Below, in pieces: positions 1-12,144 of a stretch of 64,000 nt of DNA. Source of the stretch: Eledone cirrhosa (lineage: Eukaryota); assembly GCA_964016885.1 (NCBI GenBank), contig OZ024741.1, forward strand, positions 319,486,001-319,550,000, read 5' to 3'. Position 1 is the stretch's first letter; each line of letters opens with the position of its first letter. The position numbers and the translations under genes are program-made. The notes beneath the pieces are model-generated. The model worked only from the letters and a program-made list of their open reading frames with translations. It made no database searches and was not told the DNA's origin.

Positions 1-368
1 TACGCAACAACGCAGCACGCCATTTTTCATTCACATATATTTTCCCTTCGCTGTAGTTCGTATTTTTTCTGTTTCCTTACTGCTTTCCTCTTTCTCTCTC
101 CCTCTTACCTCTTGCTTTCCTCCATCTCCGCTGCTGGTCACACTCTCCCAGCTGGCCCCTTTCTCACACTTTCACTCACTCACTCTCTGCTACTCCTCCT
201 CTCTCACTTCCTCCCGTCTGACCTGCGTTAATTCTTTCCTCTCTCACTTTTTTCGTGGCTCGGACGTGTCTGTTTTCTTCTCGTCATTTGATTTGTCGGA
301 CATAAGCCCACAATGAGAATCAGCAGACTACTGATGACGGACTTTTCCTGTTTCTCGGTCTATTTTTA

Positions 369-430
<62 letters not shown>

Positions 431-474
431 CAAGAAAACGAAAAATCAGTGATGCATCTGGACTTGGTTTATTT

Positions 475-566
475 CGTGTTAACAAATGTTTCGCCGGCAT
501 GTAGCTCGAGTCATGGTACTTGTATGGATCTGGCTGATTCTACTTCTGCGGGTTCTTTCAGACACG
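475..566 (-). ncRNA. Type I hammerhead ribozyme-like motif, long helix II, one extra A in core
   Basis: Minus strand: CGTGT-CTGAAAGA-[~65 nt helix II closed by ACCCGCA/TGCCGGC]-GAAAC-ATTT-GTTA-ACACG; helix I CGTGT/ACACG is perfect. Confidence 0.55.
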
Positions 567-950
567 TCTGTTATGTCCGGAGCAAATTTTATCACTGGGG
601 TGTTGTTATCAAAACAACCCCTCAAAAAACCTTCTTTCCACTCTTGTCATGCCATTGGCTGTTTTTACTCCACGTCATCACAAGTTCTGGTCAGTATCTG
701 CTGCCACACGGTTCATCAACTATTTTCCGTCCGACATATTTCGATGGAGTCATGCTGGGTTCAGTATTTCACACGTCTGCTCACACTTCAGAGTAAGCAC
801 CCACACATACTAGAATAATCACATAGTAACACACACATATATATACACTCAGACATACACCTATCTATGCATTCACACTCGTACGTCTACATGCTCAGAC
901 ACCCACACCGCCACATACATACATACATCGCAGTATATATACTCACACAC

Positions 951-2345
951 CCTCGCGTATCCACCCTGTCGTCGAACGCAGAAGTGTTTAAACAGCACGC
1001 CGAATATTATAATGAGGCACTGCGCAGGGCCGGTTACAAAGACACCATAATATATACTCCAGATAGAGTAGAGCCTTACGATATGGCGTGCAGAAATGCC
1101 AATAGTGAGGGCGCCTCCCTAGGTAGAAGAATTGACCCGGTAGCAGTAGCCAGGAACACAAATAACAACACTACTAACTTTAATGACACAGGACCAACCA
1201 GAGATAAGACTAAGGCACCCATGGGAGCCAGACCACCCGATGTGCTGAGGCATAGGCATGGCACGCACACTGCATACTCGGTGGAAACTGGGACCTTGGA
1301 CAGAACTTCGACAAATAAAAACGGGGCACACGCCACGGAGCACGACCAGCCTGGTTCTAGTGCCACAGCACTGACAATAGCATCACATAGACCTAAGGGG
1401 AATAGACGTATAGATGACCACATAGAACGACGTAAATTTACAACGGTAGAACATAACCACGACGAACGTAGCAGGCTAATAGACAGGGACAACACACGAG
1501 ATCGAAATTGAGGTGGGGCAGAGCACTGGGCCGGCAACGAGCCCTAGACACAACAACATGAATCCACGCACACGAAGGAACAGATCTAAGGCCGTTACCT
1601 GGTTCAATGCGCCTTATTTTAAACATGTACGCACCAACGTGCCAGGACTTTTCTTCCGAGCACTGGATGAGTGCTTTCCGACGACAAATAAGTACCACAA
1701 AATCTTCAACCGCCACACGGTGAAATTTTCCTTCTCCACGGCGCCGAATATGGTCGACTACATGGCTAGAACTAACGCGGTGAAGATGGCGCACATTGGC
1801 CGTCAACCGCGCCGACAGAGTGACCATGTTTCGGAGCGCGGAGAACCACTTAGGGACCTGTCTTCAAATGATAACCCGGCCCCCGAGGCGACCAGAGTGC
1901 CCGTCGAGGGCGATATGGTCCAACACCGAGAGGGAAATAGTGGCATGGAGGGGGGGAACAAGTGTGGCGGCGGTGCAGCACACTGAGAACCTTGAGAGGG
2001 CCATTACAGATCAGGGCCCGGACATCGGACGCACATGAATTGACAACAGAACTTGCAACTGTAGAGCGGGCACCCAGTGCTCCCTACAGGGAAAATGCTT
2101 AATGAAGGACCTAGTATACAAGTGTGTGGTTACGACCCAGAATGCGCATCAAACCTACATAGGCGCAACATCCACGACCTTTAAATCGCGGATGTATAAT
2201 CACACGAATTCCTTCAGGGACCGTAGCCAAAGGCACTCCACTAGGTTAGCGGACCTAGTGTGGGACATGAAAGATCACGTCACTCCATACGCCCTGGAAT
2301 GGAGTATCGTTCGCCACGTGCGTGCATATTCAGCCGGAAGTAGAA
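951..2345 (+). mobile_element. Penelope-like element (Naiad-type) remnant: RT thumb, linker and GIY-YIG endonuclease, frameshifted
   Basis: RVSTLSSNAEVF..YYNEALRRAGY; WFNAPY..TN..FP..KYHKIFNRHTVKFSFS..PN; CNCRAGTQC (CxCx5C); LVYKC..TYIGATSTTFKSR..H..SF..ST.L..W. Confidence 0.9.
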
Positions 2346-2446
2346 AGTGCGGAAGTAGAAAGTGGCGGAAGTAGAAAGTGGCGGAAGTAGAAAGTGCGGA
2401 AGTAGAAAGTGGCGGAAGTAGAAAGTGCGGAAGTAGAAAGTGGCGG
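2336..2446 (+). repeat. 15/16-bp minisatellite GGAAGTAGAAAGTG(G)C, about 7 copies
   Basis: Tandem units are directly visible and begin inside the GIY-YIG codons for GSRKC. Confidence 0.9.
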
Positions 2447-3076
2447 GCGTCACATTGAATGTGTACACCGTCAATCGTGACTATATACTCTACACCTACT
2501 CCACTTTGGAAAAGTGATTGTTAATAATGTTATATCACTGTTTTGTTACTGTTACCTGTTGTATACACGGACACGAGCCTGCATCTCATAATGCCTGTGT
2601 GTAGTACGTCACATGGACGCACGTACCTTCTCATATACCCCCCCCCCCCCGTTTCTTTTTTTCTTTTTTTTCTTTTTTTTTCTCTTTTATTTTACCCGTT
2701 CCTTTATGTTACCCCTTATTTTCCTGCACCTTTATGCAGTTACATACAGATTTAATGTACCCTATAATATTGTAAATTTATTTACATATTATATTTTATT
2801 ATCATATTGTGTTTATGTTCACGAGTTCTTTTTATGTGTGGACACACATGTGTGTGGGTATACGTGCGTGTGTGTGTGCGTGTAGATGCATATGTATGTG
2901 TATGTATATGTATGCGTGGGTGGGTATTGGGGTGTGTGTATGGGCATGGGTGCGTGGGTGCACGAGCTTATGCGCGCATGTACGTGCAGACATGTGTACA
3001 TATATATACAAATGTGACAGAATGTGGGTGTATGTGTGTGTGGGGGTGTGTGTATACGTGTGTCTATATGTGAGCA

Positions 3077-3119
<43 letters not shown>

Positions 3120-3195
3120 CGAAGGAAATGTGGTAAGGAACCAGGTGGACCATAACGCACCAAAGTACTCAATACTTAGGGTAGTAGAGTGGGTA

Positions 3196-3309
3196 ATAGG
3201 AACCAGTAAGACTCCGACGGCTGAGCTCAAGCCGTTTCGACGGCTAATTCTGGACTAGAATTAGCCGTCGAAACGGCTTGAGCTCAGCCGTCGGGGTCTT
3301 ACTGGTTCC

Positions 3310-3312
<3 letters not shown>
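3196..3312. repeat. Near-perfect fold-back palindrome (~57-bp arms, almost no spacer)
   Basis: ATAGGAACCAGTAAGAC...GGCTAATTCT / AGAATTAGCC...GTCTTACTGGTTCCTAT; related non-palindromic copy at ~28555-28695. Confidence 0.9.
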
Positions 3313-3344
<32 letters not shown>

Positions 3345-3707
3345 ATATATATACCACATTGTATATTATATTTAATTATATATTTTTCTTATGTTATTAT
3401 ACAGTTTTATGTTATTATACTGTTTTTTATTGCATAATGTATTTTCAACTGTTCACTTACAGGTGTGTTTATATATGTACATGTATATGTGGTGGCACTT
3501 CTGTGTGGGTAGGCAGATGTGCATGCGTACATGTGTATGTATGCGGCAGCATGTATGCGCACGCATGTGTAGATGTATGTAGTTCGGCCTATACGTGGGT
3601 ATTTCTGTGTATATGTGTGGATATGCGTGTACGTGTTAAGTTGTCCTTTTTTCTTTTTCTTTTTCTTTTGTGTGTATATATCTATATATATGTGCTTATA
3701 TAAAAAA

Positions 3708-3757
<50 letters not shown>

Positions 3758-3920
3758 GGTGCGTGTGTAGGCAATGTTTATGTACGTATGTGTTCGTATG
3801 TGTGTGTGGACATGTGTGAGTTTAAGTTTGTGTATATATGTGTGTGTATGTATGTATGTATGTATGTGTGTGTGTGTATATATATGTATATATATACATA
3901 TAGCTATGTAATGAAGAACA

Positions 3921-4000
3921 TAGGATAGTTGTTTAATTTACCAGTGGTTTCTTGAAAACAAACGATATTTACTTTTATTCATCAGAATGAAAACATCCTA
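3921..4000 (-). ncRNA. Type I hammerhead ribozyme
   Basis: Minus strand: TAGGATGTTTTCATT-CTGATGA-A[TAAAAGTAAAT atc GTTTGTTTTCA]A-GAA-ACC act GGT-A-AATTAAACAACTATCCTA; GUA site, extended helix I. Confidence 0.7.
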
Positions 4001-4162
4001 GGTGTTTATGTATATCTGTGTATGCGCATGTGCGTATATATGTATGTATGTGAATGTATGTGTGTATGTATACATGCGTGTGTATGAGCGTGTATATATA
4101 TATATATATATTTAAATGTATAGAAGGTTGGCCGTATGTGTGCGTGCGCGGATGTGTATGTA

Positions 4163-4234
4163 TAAAATGCAACCATTATTTTTGGAAGTCATCTGGATAT
4201 CCAGATGGCTTCCAAAAATAATGGTTGCATTTTA
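4163..4234. repeat. 72-bp spacerless palindrome centred on GATATC
   Basis: TAAAATGCAACCATTATTTTTGGAAGTCATCTGGAT|ATCCAGATGGCTTCCAAAAATAATGGTTGCATTTTA, one mismatch. Confidence 0.92.
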
Positions 4235-4280
4235 AAAGGGTACGTCAAAGCTTGTTTGTAAAACTGTTATATATTGTATT

Positions 4281-4334
4281 TTGTCTGATGAAGGCATACC
4301 ATGATTTAATTTGGTATCCCTGAAATATGTATAA
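4281..4334 (+). ncRNA. Hammerhead-like motif (GAAAUAUGU variant)
   Basis: TTGT-CTGATGA-AGGcATACCA tgatttaatt TGGTATcCCT-GAAA-TATGT-ATAA. Confidence 0.6.
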
Positions 4335-4470
4335 TGAAATAAATATGGTTTTATAAATATAGTTTCCATTTATTAATATCGTATATCTACTCCAAAATTC
4401 TTGTCGAGTGCTTTATATCAGTTATAAAAATATTTACTTGTTGTATCCCAACAATTTTAAATAGAACTTT

Positions 4471-4504
<34 letters not shown>

Positions 4505-4606
4505 TGTATGTATAGTATATTTGGCAATAAACCGTATGTTTAATTAAAAACATATAGAAGGTCATTCGCTATCAATTTTAAAGTAGTGACTATGTCACTC
4601 ACTTAT

Positions 4607-4697
4607 ATTTTCGGCAAAGGCTGGGAGAATGGCTGACAGCTGTTTTTCGCTGCTTGGCGTTTATCAAAGCCACACACTCACCTGCCTTTGCCGAAAA
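4607..4697 (-). ncRNA. Degenerate type I hammerhead with long helix I
   Basis: Minus strand: TTCGGCAAAGGC..TGGCT-TTGATAA-ACGCcaagcaGCG-AAAAAC-AGCT-GTC-AGCCA..GCCTTTGCCGAA; core mutated, palindromic AGCT loop III and GUC site retained. Confidence 0.6.
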
Positions 4698-4782
4698 TTA
4701 TAGAAGCTGGATTCTTATAGACTTCCAGTAATATAGGTACAGTATATGGAAGGAATATATTAGGTTAACTGTTGAAATAGCA

Positions 4783-4813
<31 letters not shown>

Positions 4814-4849
4814 TCTTAACGTTTCGGACGCTAGTCCTTCATCAGATGA
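4814..4849 (-). ncRNA. Minimal hammerhead core
   Basis: Minus strand: CTGATGA-A-GGAC tagc GTCC-GAAACGTT (palindromic AACGTT); helix I weak. Confidence 0.6.
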
Positions 4850-4949
4850 AAGAATGAGAAATAAGATAGATTAAACGGACGGGTGGGGTAGAATTGGAAA
4901 AAATGTCTTTAGATAAAAATAACAGGTCCATTCATATTGACATCTCTTA

Positions 4950-5012
<63 letters not shown>

Positions 5013-5382
5013 GTTTGAGTTATACATTAAAGTATAAGCAAAGAATCGTTGACTTCACCCTTTTACGGGATCTTTTCGAGCCCTCTTCGGATTTTGGTCT
5101 TCATAATTATTAATACTATATATATATATATATGTATGTTTGTATCTTACTCAACAGACAGCAATTTGGCTTGTGTCAGACGCTGTGACCCCAGGTGGGC
5201 AGCAGTACTGTCGGTGGGGTGTCAAAACTGCCACGAAGGCCATTTGTGTCTTTCGTTTGTCTTTTTATTTAAAAAAACATTTTGAAGGTTTCGCCTTCAA
5301 AACAATTTTTTTTTTCGTTTTGTCTTGTTTTCGCTCATTGTCTTCTCTTTGTTTATTTTCCTAATTTTATTATTACTAATCT

Positions 5383-5580
5383 GTGGATTGGCCGTATCGG
5401 TAGAGCGTCAGACACCATGCTTTGGCAGCATAGAGTTATGGCCCTTTACGTTCTGAGTTCAATCCCGCTGAGGTTAGCTATGCCGTTCATCCTTACGGGG
5501 CCGATAAAATAAAGCACCAGTAATGCATTGAGGTCAATTTAATCGACTTTCCCCTCCCCCACTATAGTAGAAACCATTAT
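5383..5580 (+). mobile_element. tRNA-derived SINE with Nin/Deu-like central domain
   Basis: A box TGGCCGTATCGG, B box GAGTTCAATCC, domain TTCATCCTTACGGGGCCGATAAAATAAAG; more than 15 related copies in the window. Confidence 0.85.
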
Positions 5581-5860
5581 TACTAATCTGTAGCGAACGT
5601 GTTCTTTCTTCTCAACCTCAATCATTTCAATGGAATGCATTTTAACACGATATCTTCCTTTCTTGTTGCTGCCTTTTTCTTTTTTCTTTATCTGCCTCCT
5701 TTTTTCACGAAGTCCATCTCAAAAGCTGAAGACCTTCAAGTCTTTCGTTTGTCTTTTTATTTAAAAAAAATTTTTAAGGCTTCCCGTTCAAAAAAAAAAA
5801 AAAATTACGCTTGGCCTTATTTTCGTTCATTATACGCATTACACAGATATATACATATAT

Positions 5861-6365
5861 ATTGTTATACTTTGGGAGGGTCATGTTGCCAATAAGAAAC
5901 ACACGCACCAGTTCCTTTCACTTCAATTTATTATAAATAAAATTATAAATTAAAAAAATTTATAAATTTCCGGTTGATTGGTTGGTTCCACAACCGGACG
6001 GTTGTTTATATATTGTCAAAGTTCTTTCGTCACACATAAATAAACAAATAAAAACACACACAGACACCCGGATGTAACACATGCGCAAACTAAGCAGACA
6101 ACACACACAAAAACAAGATGGCGTAGGACAGAACAAAGGAGAGGTACAAAACAAAGAAAAGAATCCCGGTCACTGATGAGGTCACAGAATGTGTGACGAA
6201 AGAACTTTCACAATATATGAACAATGGTCCGGTTGTGGAACCAACCAACCAACTGGAAATTTATAAATTTTTTAAATTTATAATTTAATTTATAATAAAT
6301 TGAAGTGAAAGCAACTTGTGCGTGTGTTTCTTATTGGCAACATGACCCTCCCAAAGTATAACAAT
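5861..6365. mobile_element. Inverted pLTR-like pair (~176-bp arms 5861-6037 and 6189-6365) carrying a hammerhead
   Basis: Arms are reverse complements; the left arm ends inside helix II of the HHR; related copy at ~53940-54198. Confidence 0.8.
6169..6211 (+). ncRNA. Type I hammerhead ribozyme
   Basis: GTCA-CTGATGA-G-GTCACA gaatg TGTGAC-GAAAG aa CTT-TCAC; the inverted arm reads TGAC, which restores helix I. Confidence 0.75.
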
Positions 6366-6423
6366 ATCGGTTTCAACACACGTTTTCAGATAAAGAATCT
6401 TGCTAAACAAATTCAGAAACGAA

Positions 6424-6455
<32 letters not shown>

Positions 6456-6484
6456 GTATATATATATATGTATATATATATATG

Positions 6485-6518
<34 letters not shown>

Positions 6519-7839
6519 GAGAGAGAGAGCACAAGCATCGCTTTTTAACAGTTTGGTGAATAATCATTTCATGAAATCGAATAATAATTCAGCTCTGAAA
6601 ACAAGCCCTGTTTTATTAATAAGTAATAAATATACGGCAAAATATACTATGGATGAGAGTGTGAAATATTATTTCTAGATATACATATTTATACAGTTGC
6701 AATAGTTATATTTACGGTATTCTACTAGTGATTAGTTAGTATAAATATCAATCACAGAGACAGATCAAGCAAGTAAAAGTCTACCAGGAAACACGAACAA
6801 ATATTTAAAAATTCTAAGACTAAGAATTAAAAGCACTTATACACGCACAGCGAAACTCTTACTATGATAAGTATATCCAGGGCCTATGAGAGGCGGGGTG
6901 GTAGTGTCCAGCCGGTACTTTTTTTCGGGGCCCAAGAGCTAAGAAGGCTCCACAGCAACCATACAGCATCCATTTCGAGAAAAATCTTTGCTTGCTTCGG
7001 GCCCCAAAAGGGTCTTGTACCGCCTTTGTAAAATTTTTCTTTGAAGCCTTGGGTATATTCATAATAGCACTGAAACCACCCACTATAATACGCCACATGT
7101 GTTTGTATATTCAAATACACACATTTCCTCCTGTAATATAGGCACACACAAATATAAACACATATACGAGTATACACAATGATGTCCTATATAAATCATG
7201 CTGCTACAATCACAAGGCTTCTTTCCAAATACAAGGTACTGGGAGTAACCCGACATTTGTCCCTATGAATAGTTATTTCTACAAATTTACTCATACATTT
7301 AATATAAAGCGTTTTATTAATAAAAACAAAAATCTATTTTAAATGACAAAACTAAAGATATTTAAAAACGGAAAATGAAAGGAAGGGAAAGGGCTCTACG
7401 GTCACATAAGAATGGGAAGAGGAAGGGGGAGGGTGATGCGCTCTAGGCCTTGGGTGCGGCGGTGTTGGGGCTGCTCCTCGTGGACATCCTAATCATTTGT
7501 ACTCGTTCATACATGCTGAACATTTATGTAATTAGATCCTAGTAATATATTACTCAAATATAATATCTTAAATCACTTCCACGTGACAGTAATCAACATG
7601 AACTATAGGGTTTCTCTTATGTACACCATAAATTTATGAAAATGCCAATTTCCCAATTTGTATTACTGTTCATATACCCCACAAATACTGAATTCCAAAA
7701 TGAAAAATGTTCAACGTTATTGCCACTAGTCAAATCAATATAATCAACAATTTGATATATATGTATGAAGTTTATCTAGTACTGGAAGCAAATATATATA
7801 TACACTTAATTACTACTGATAAAATAAATTCATGAGGCA

Positions 7840-7941
<102 letters not shown>

Positions 7942-7949
7942 AATCTGAA

Positions 7950-8250
7950 AAGATGATACTAAAATCTTTTAAAAGTAAAACAAAAAAGTGGGAGTTGAAT
8001 TTACAAATTTAATAACACATTTAAAATTTCTATCAGAGACAACTACCCATGGTCTGTTTCAATTCACTTGGAGACTTAAGAAACCGCGGAACTTAACATG
8101 ATCTCATAACTTTGAATAGAAAAGATAAAGCCACCCGTTATACCACCGAAACTGAACATTGTAGATTATGCTTCACCGAGAAGATATGTATTCTAAAACA
8201 GAAAGGGGTGTCGCTTATAAAAAAATCGAGATACCCTCTGTAACAATTTC
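7950..8250 (+). pseudogene. Highly degraded Naiad-type GIY-YIG C-terminus
   Basis: Manual translation gives KATRYTTETEHCRLCFTEKICILK (CxxC-xxEK motif); a degenerate HHR follows at ~8384-8428 (CTGATTA..GAAACACTGTA). Confidence 0.6.
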
Positions 8251-8793
8251 TTTTGATGTATTTTCGTAGTGTTCTTTTCAAAATGGAACAAGCAACAGCC
8301 AGTAACAGGAAAATACATTCTAAAGGGTTCGATATAAATCAACTGCGGTCAGTTAAGGATCAATGAGAACTGACGTTTCAATAGTGTCTGATTAAATGCA
8401 CTTCACTCGAAACACTGTACAGCAACACAGTGAAACATCAATTGATTAATAGCAAATACAAACTCTATATTCTATATTCGCGTACACATACACACAAACC
8501 ACGGATACATACAAACATATATATTTACATATATATTTACATACATACACACACATAATGAAAAAAAAAAAAAAAAAAAAAATATAAGTATGTATACGTA
8601 CATACTTATGTGTATATATGTATAAAGACGTACAGTGGTATGTATATACATACATGCACATATATATATAGGTAAGTATGGGTTTACCGAACATTTATTA
8701 TAATGTTCGGTTTGTTTGTAAACAAATAGCCCGAATTAAGCCGTACAGTGTTCGGCAACCATCGTTGCCCTTTTGTTCAACATTGACAAAGGA

Positions 8794-8836
8794 ACGATGA
8801 ACTAGTTTCTAGCTTATTAGCTGTCATCAGCACCGT
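8794..8836 (-). ncRNA. Type I hammerhead ribozyme, monomer 1
   Basis: Minus strand: ACGGTG-CTGATGA-C-AGCT aata AGCT-A-GAAAC-TA-GTT-CATCGT; helix I extends with bulges to ~8776-8860. Confidence 0.85.
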
Positions 8837-9220
8837 ATACCTTCCTGTCAGATGATTGAACGTTAGAAAGTATATACTTTCCTTATGCATATTAACGGCT
8901 GAGCAGCCTAATTTGTATATTGAGTGAGTTAGTCGGCCGGGCGTACCGAAAACGATAAATGGAAAAAATGAAATTTCATTCATCACTCTTAGTACGGCTG
9001 ATACTTAAATATAAGTATGTATATGTACATACATATATGTATACAGACGTACAGTAGTATGTATATATACATACTTACATGCACACATATATATATGTAC
9101 GTATGGGTTTACCGAACATTTATTATAATGCTCGGTTTGTTTGTAAATAAACAGCCCGAATTATTAGCCATACAGTGTTCGGCAACCATGGTTGCCATTT
9201 TGTTCAACACTAACAGAGGA

Positions 9221-9263
9221 ACGATGAACTAGTTTCTAGCTTATTAGCTGTCATCAGCACCGT
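9221..9263 (-). ncRNA. Type I hammerhead ribozyme, monomer 2
   Basis: Identical to 8794-8836. Confidence 0.85.
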
Positions 9264-10016
9264 ATACCTTCCTGTCAATCAATTGAACGTTTGAAAGTAT
9301 ATACTTTCCTTATGCACTCGATATGCAAATTAGGCTGCTCAGCCGTTAATATGCATAAGGAAAGTATATACTTTCAAACGTTGCATAATAATATCATTAT
9401 TATGCCCATTCATTAGCAATACATTAAATATTCCATTTCTTCAGAAAGATTTCAAAAAGATTTCAAAGTATGAGGTAAGTTTGTCTCATTTGCAGTGAAG
9501 ATATTTCTACTGCTATCCGCTGTGAATATAAGGCAACTGGACTAAGAAGAGAGGTAAAAAAGATATAATTTCGAAGGACAGAAAGAGTGGGAAATATGTC
9601 ATAAAAATAAGAAAAATTAATAAAAATAATAAAAATTAATAAAAAAAAGACGAAAAAAAGATGGGATGAAAATTTACTTTTACATAAACATATGTACACT
9701 ACACACACATACACATACAGTGGTAGACTGGTCAGGTTGCTAGGTTTCCCAATGACAAGCAATTCCCCAGTGAATTACTAGAAATCAAAATATACGATAG
9801 TGCAAATAGTTGGAATCAGTGGTTGTACATCTACTAAATCTAAAGCTTAGTGTATTCATTCATTCATGCATGCAAACATACATATATAGACACAGACACA
9901 CAAGCATATATATATGTATATATTTATTTATATACTTACACACGAACTACTGACCAAATAATATTTAGTATCAATGGGTTAAAGTCATTTGTCAATTCAA
10001 TTAATGGTGAAGGTGG

Positions 10017-10087
<71 letters not shown>

Positions 10088-10186
10088 AATTAGTATATCT
10101 ACCAACATGATGCATACCTATGCTAGCACATATATAGGTTTTGTCTTAGTAACTTTGTGGTTCAATGCAAGGGGATGCAGAACAAT

Positions 10187-10279
10187 TATATGAAAGACGT
10201 AAAATAAGAAAATTATAAAAATTAACTTACTTACTAAAATTTTAGTAAGTTAATTTTTATAATTTTCTTATTTTACGTC

Positions 10280-10288
<9 letters not shown>
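10187..10288. repeat. ~100-bp fold-back palindrome
   Basis: TATATGAAAGACGTAAAATAAGAAAATTATAAAAATTAACTTAC.. / ..GTAAGTTAATTTTTATAATTTTCTTATTTTACGTCTTTCATATA with a 4-nt bulge. Confidence 0.9.
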
Positions 10289-10371
<83 letters not shown>

Positions 10372-11081
10372 CTACAGCTCTATCTTACAATAACCCCGAT
10401 TTGCTTGTGCATAGTTTGCTTTATATGTCGTGCCTGTCTATATACTTGTTAAACTCAGCTCTATCCTGTAATAATCCTAATTTACTTGTGTATGGCTTGC
10501 GATTTTATGATACCTATCTATATGCTTGTGGAGCACCCATTGGCTACGTAATTCGGGTACCTACCAGTATACCTTGTATATGTATAACATGGCGGGGATT
10601 CTGATTACTGTGGTCTTTCTGGATGTACCGTAAGGACCTCCTAATGCTTATATAACTATAAGTTACGGAGATCCTATTCACTCATTTTATTAGGGACCAC
10701 CGCTTAAATTCCTCTGGCTTCTTTATGTGCTTAAAACATTTTTCTTCTTTGTTTTTCTTTCTTTCTTTTTTAAAAATTAAAAAAATTTTTTTTTTACCTT
10801 TTTACTTTTTATCTCTTTATATTATCTTCCTTTTATTTTTTATTATTTTATTTATTTTTTTATTGTTTTAACCATTGCCTGTATTTTTTGCTTTTGTGTG
10901 CCATCAATTGTATCTGCATCTTGTGAAATCTGCTTGTGCCCTGGCATTTAGCTGTGGTGCTTAACAACCCCAACGTGTACCCCTTCCTTGTCTGCCATCT
11001 CCGATCTCCCTATCTTTACCGTCTATTGCATTTCGATTGTTCGTGTGACTAGGCTTTGTGGAGCTTATACTCAGCACTGTG

Positions 11082-11141
11082 TTTATTAAGCTCTGAGGAT
11101 TCCTACCAAACGGTATGGATGAAACATTGTAAGCAAATAAA
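11082..11141 (+). ncRNA. Type I hammerhead ribozyme
   Basis: TTTATTaaGCT-CTGAGGA-T-TCCTACC aaac GGTAtGGA-T-GAAAC-att-GTA-AGCaAATAAA. Confidence 0.75.
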
Positions 11142-11177
11142 AACTGTTTGAATATGTAAGCGTTCTTTGGTGTCTTT

Positions 11178-11217
<40 letters not shown>

Positions 11218-11226
11218 AAAGACATA

Positions 11227-11292
<66 letters not shown>

Positions 11293-11794
11293 TCCTAGTG
11301 ATTTCTCCCGAATGAAACAGTTCTAGTCTTGTAGAAGCCATTTTTATATTAAATATTTATACTCCTCTATGTATTGAGTACCTTACTTACTGTGGTTACC
11401 GATTGAACCCGGGATAAACTTAAACACACACACACACTCACACAAACACACATATACACACAGGCACACACCCACACACACACATATATATATACTCATA
11501 CACACACACACGCATCCCCCCCCCACACATATATATATATATATATATAGGCTTAAAAATAAGAAGAAAGCAAGAACGGGAGAAGTTTTCCTCATCAGTT
11601 GTCTGCTGGGGTTCTCGGATAGTTTTACGCATTAAAGACAAGATATCTACCCCCAGTGCGTTCAATAACTAGGTAAGTTATTGGGAAAACAAATATAGGA
11701 TAACAGAAGGGAAAAGGGAAGAAAAGAGATAAGAGAAAAACAGCGAAAAAAAAAAACGGGAAACAGCAAACTGAAGAGTGTGTGAGCAACTCGA

Positions 11795-11832
<38 letters not shown>

Positions 11833-11836
<4 letters not shown>

Positions 11837-11986
11837 GGAAAAAATGAAACGAAATTTCATTTCTCACTCTTAGTACGGCTGTTACTTAAATATAAGTATG
11901 ATGTATACGTACATACATATATGTATACAGACGTACAGTAGTATGTATATATATATATACATACATGCACACATATATATATGTAC

Positions 11987-11990
<4 letters not shown>
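11833..11990 (-). repeat. Partial copy of the 427-nt HHR monomer
   Basis: GAAATTTCATTTCTCACTCTTAGTACGGCTG..CAGACGTACAGTAGTATG matches ~8960-9100; another fragment in opposite orientation at ~23746-23805. Confidence 0.8.
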
Positions 11991-12055
<65 letters not shown>

Positions 12056-12057
12056 TG

Positions 12058-12090
<33 letters not shown>

Positions 12091-12091
12091 T

Positions 12092-12139
<48 letters not shown>

Positions 12140-12144
<5 letters not shown>

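Larger units (their letters stand above)
8581..9382 (-). mobile_element. Tandem array of a 427-nt hammerhead-containing monomer (retrozyme / PLE pLTR-like), ending in an inverted fragment
   Basis: Unit 8581-9007 is repeated from 9008; HHRs at 8794 and 9221 are exactly 427 nt apart; 9315-9382 is inverted. Confidence 0.85.

Noticed and set aside
2543-3770. Many ORFs rich in YI/CV/HT repeats here and throughout the window
   Set aside because: They are translations of (TA)n, (TG)n and (CA)n microsatellites
5060-5095. Minus-strand CCGAAGA-GGGCTC-GAAAA as a hammerhead
   Set aside because: The core is mutated and helix I cannot be formed
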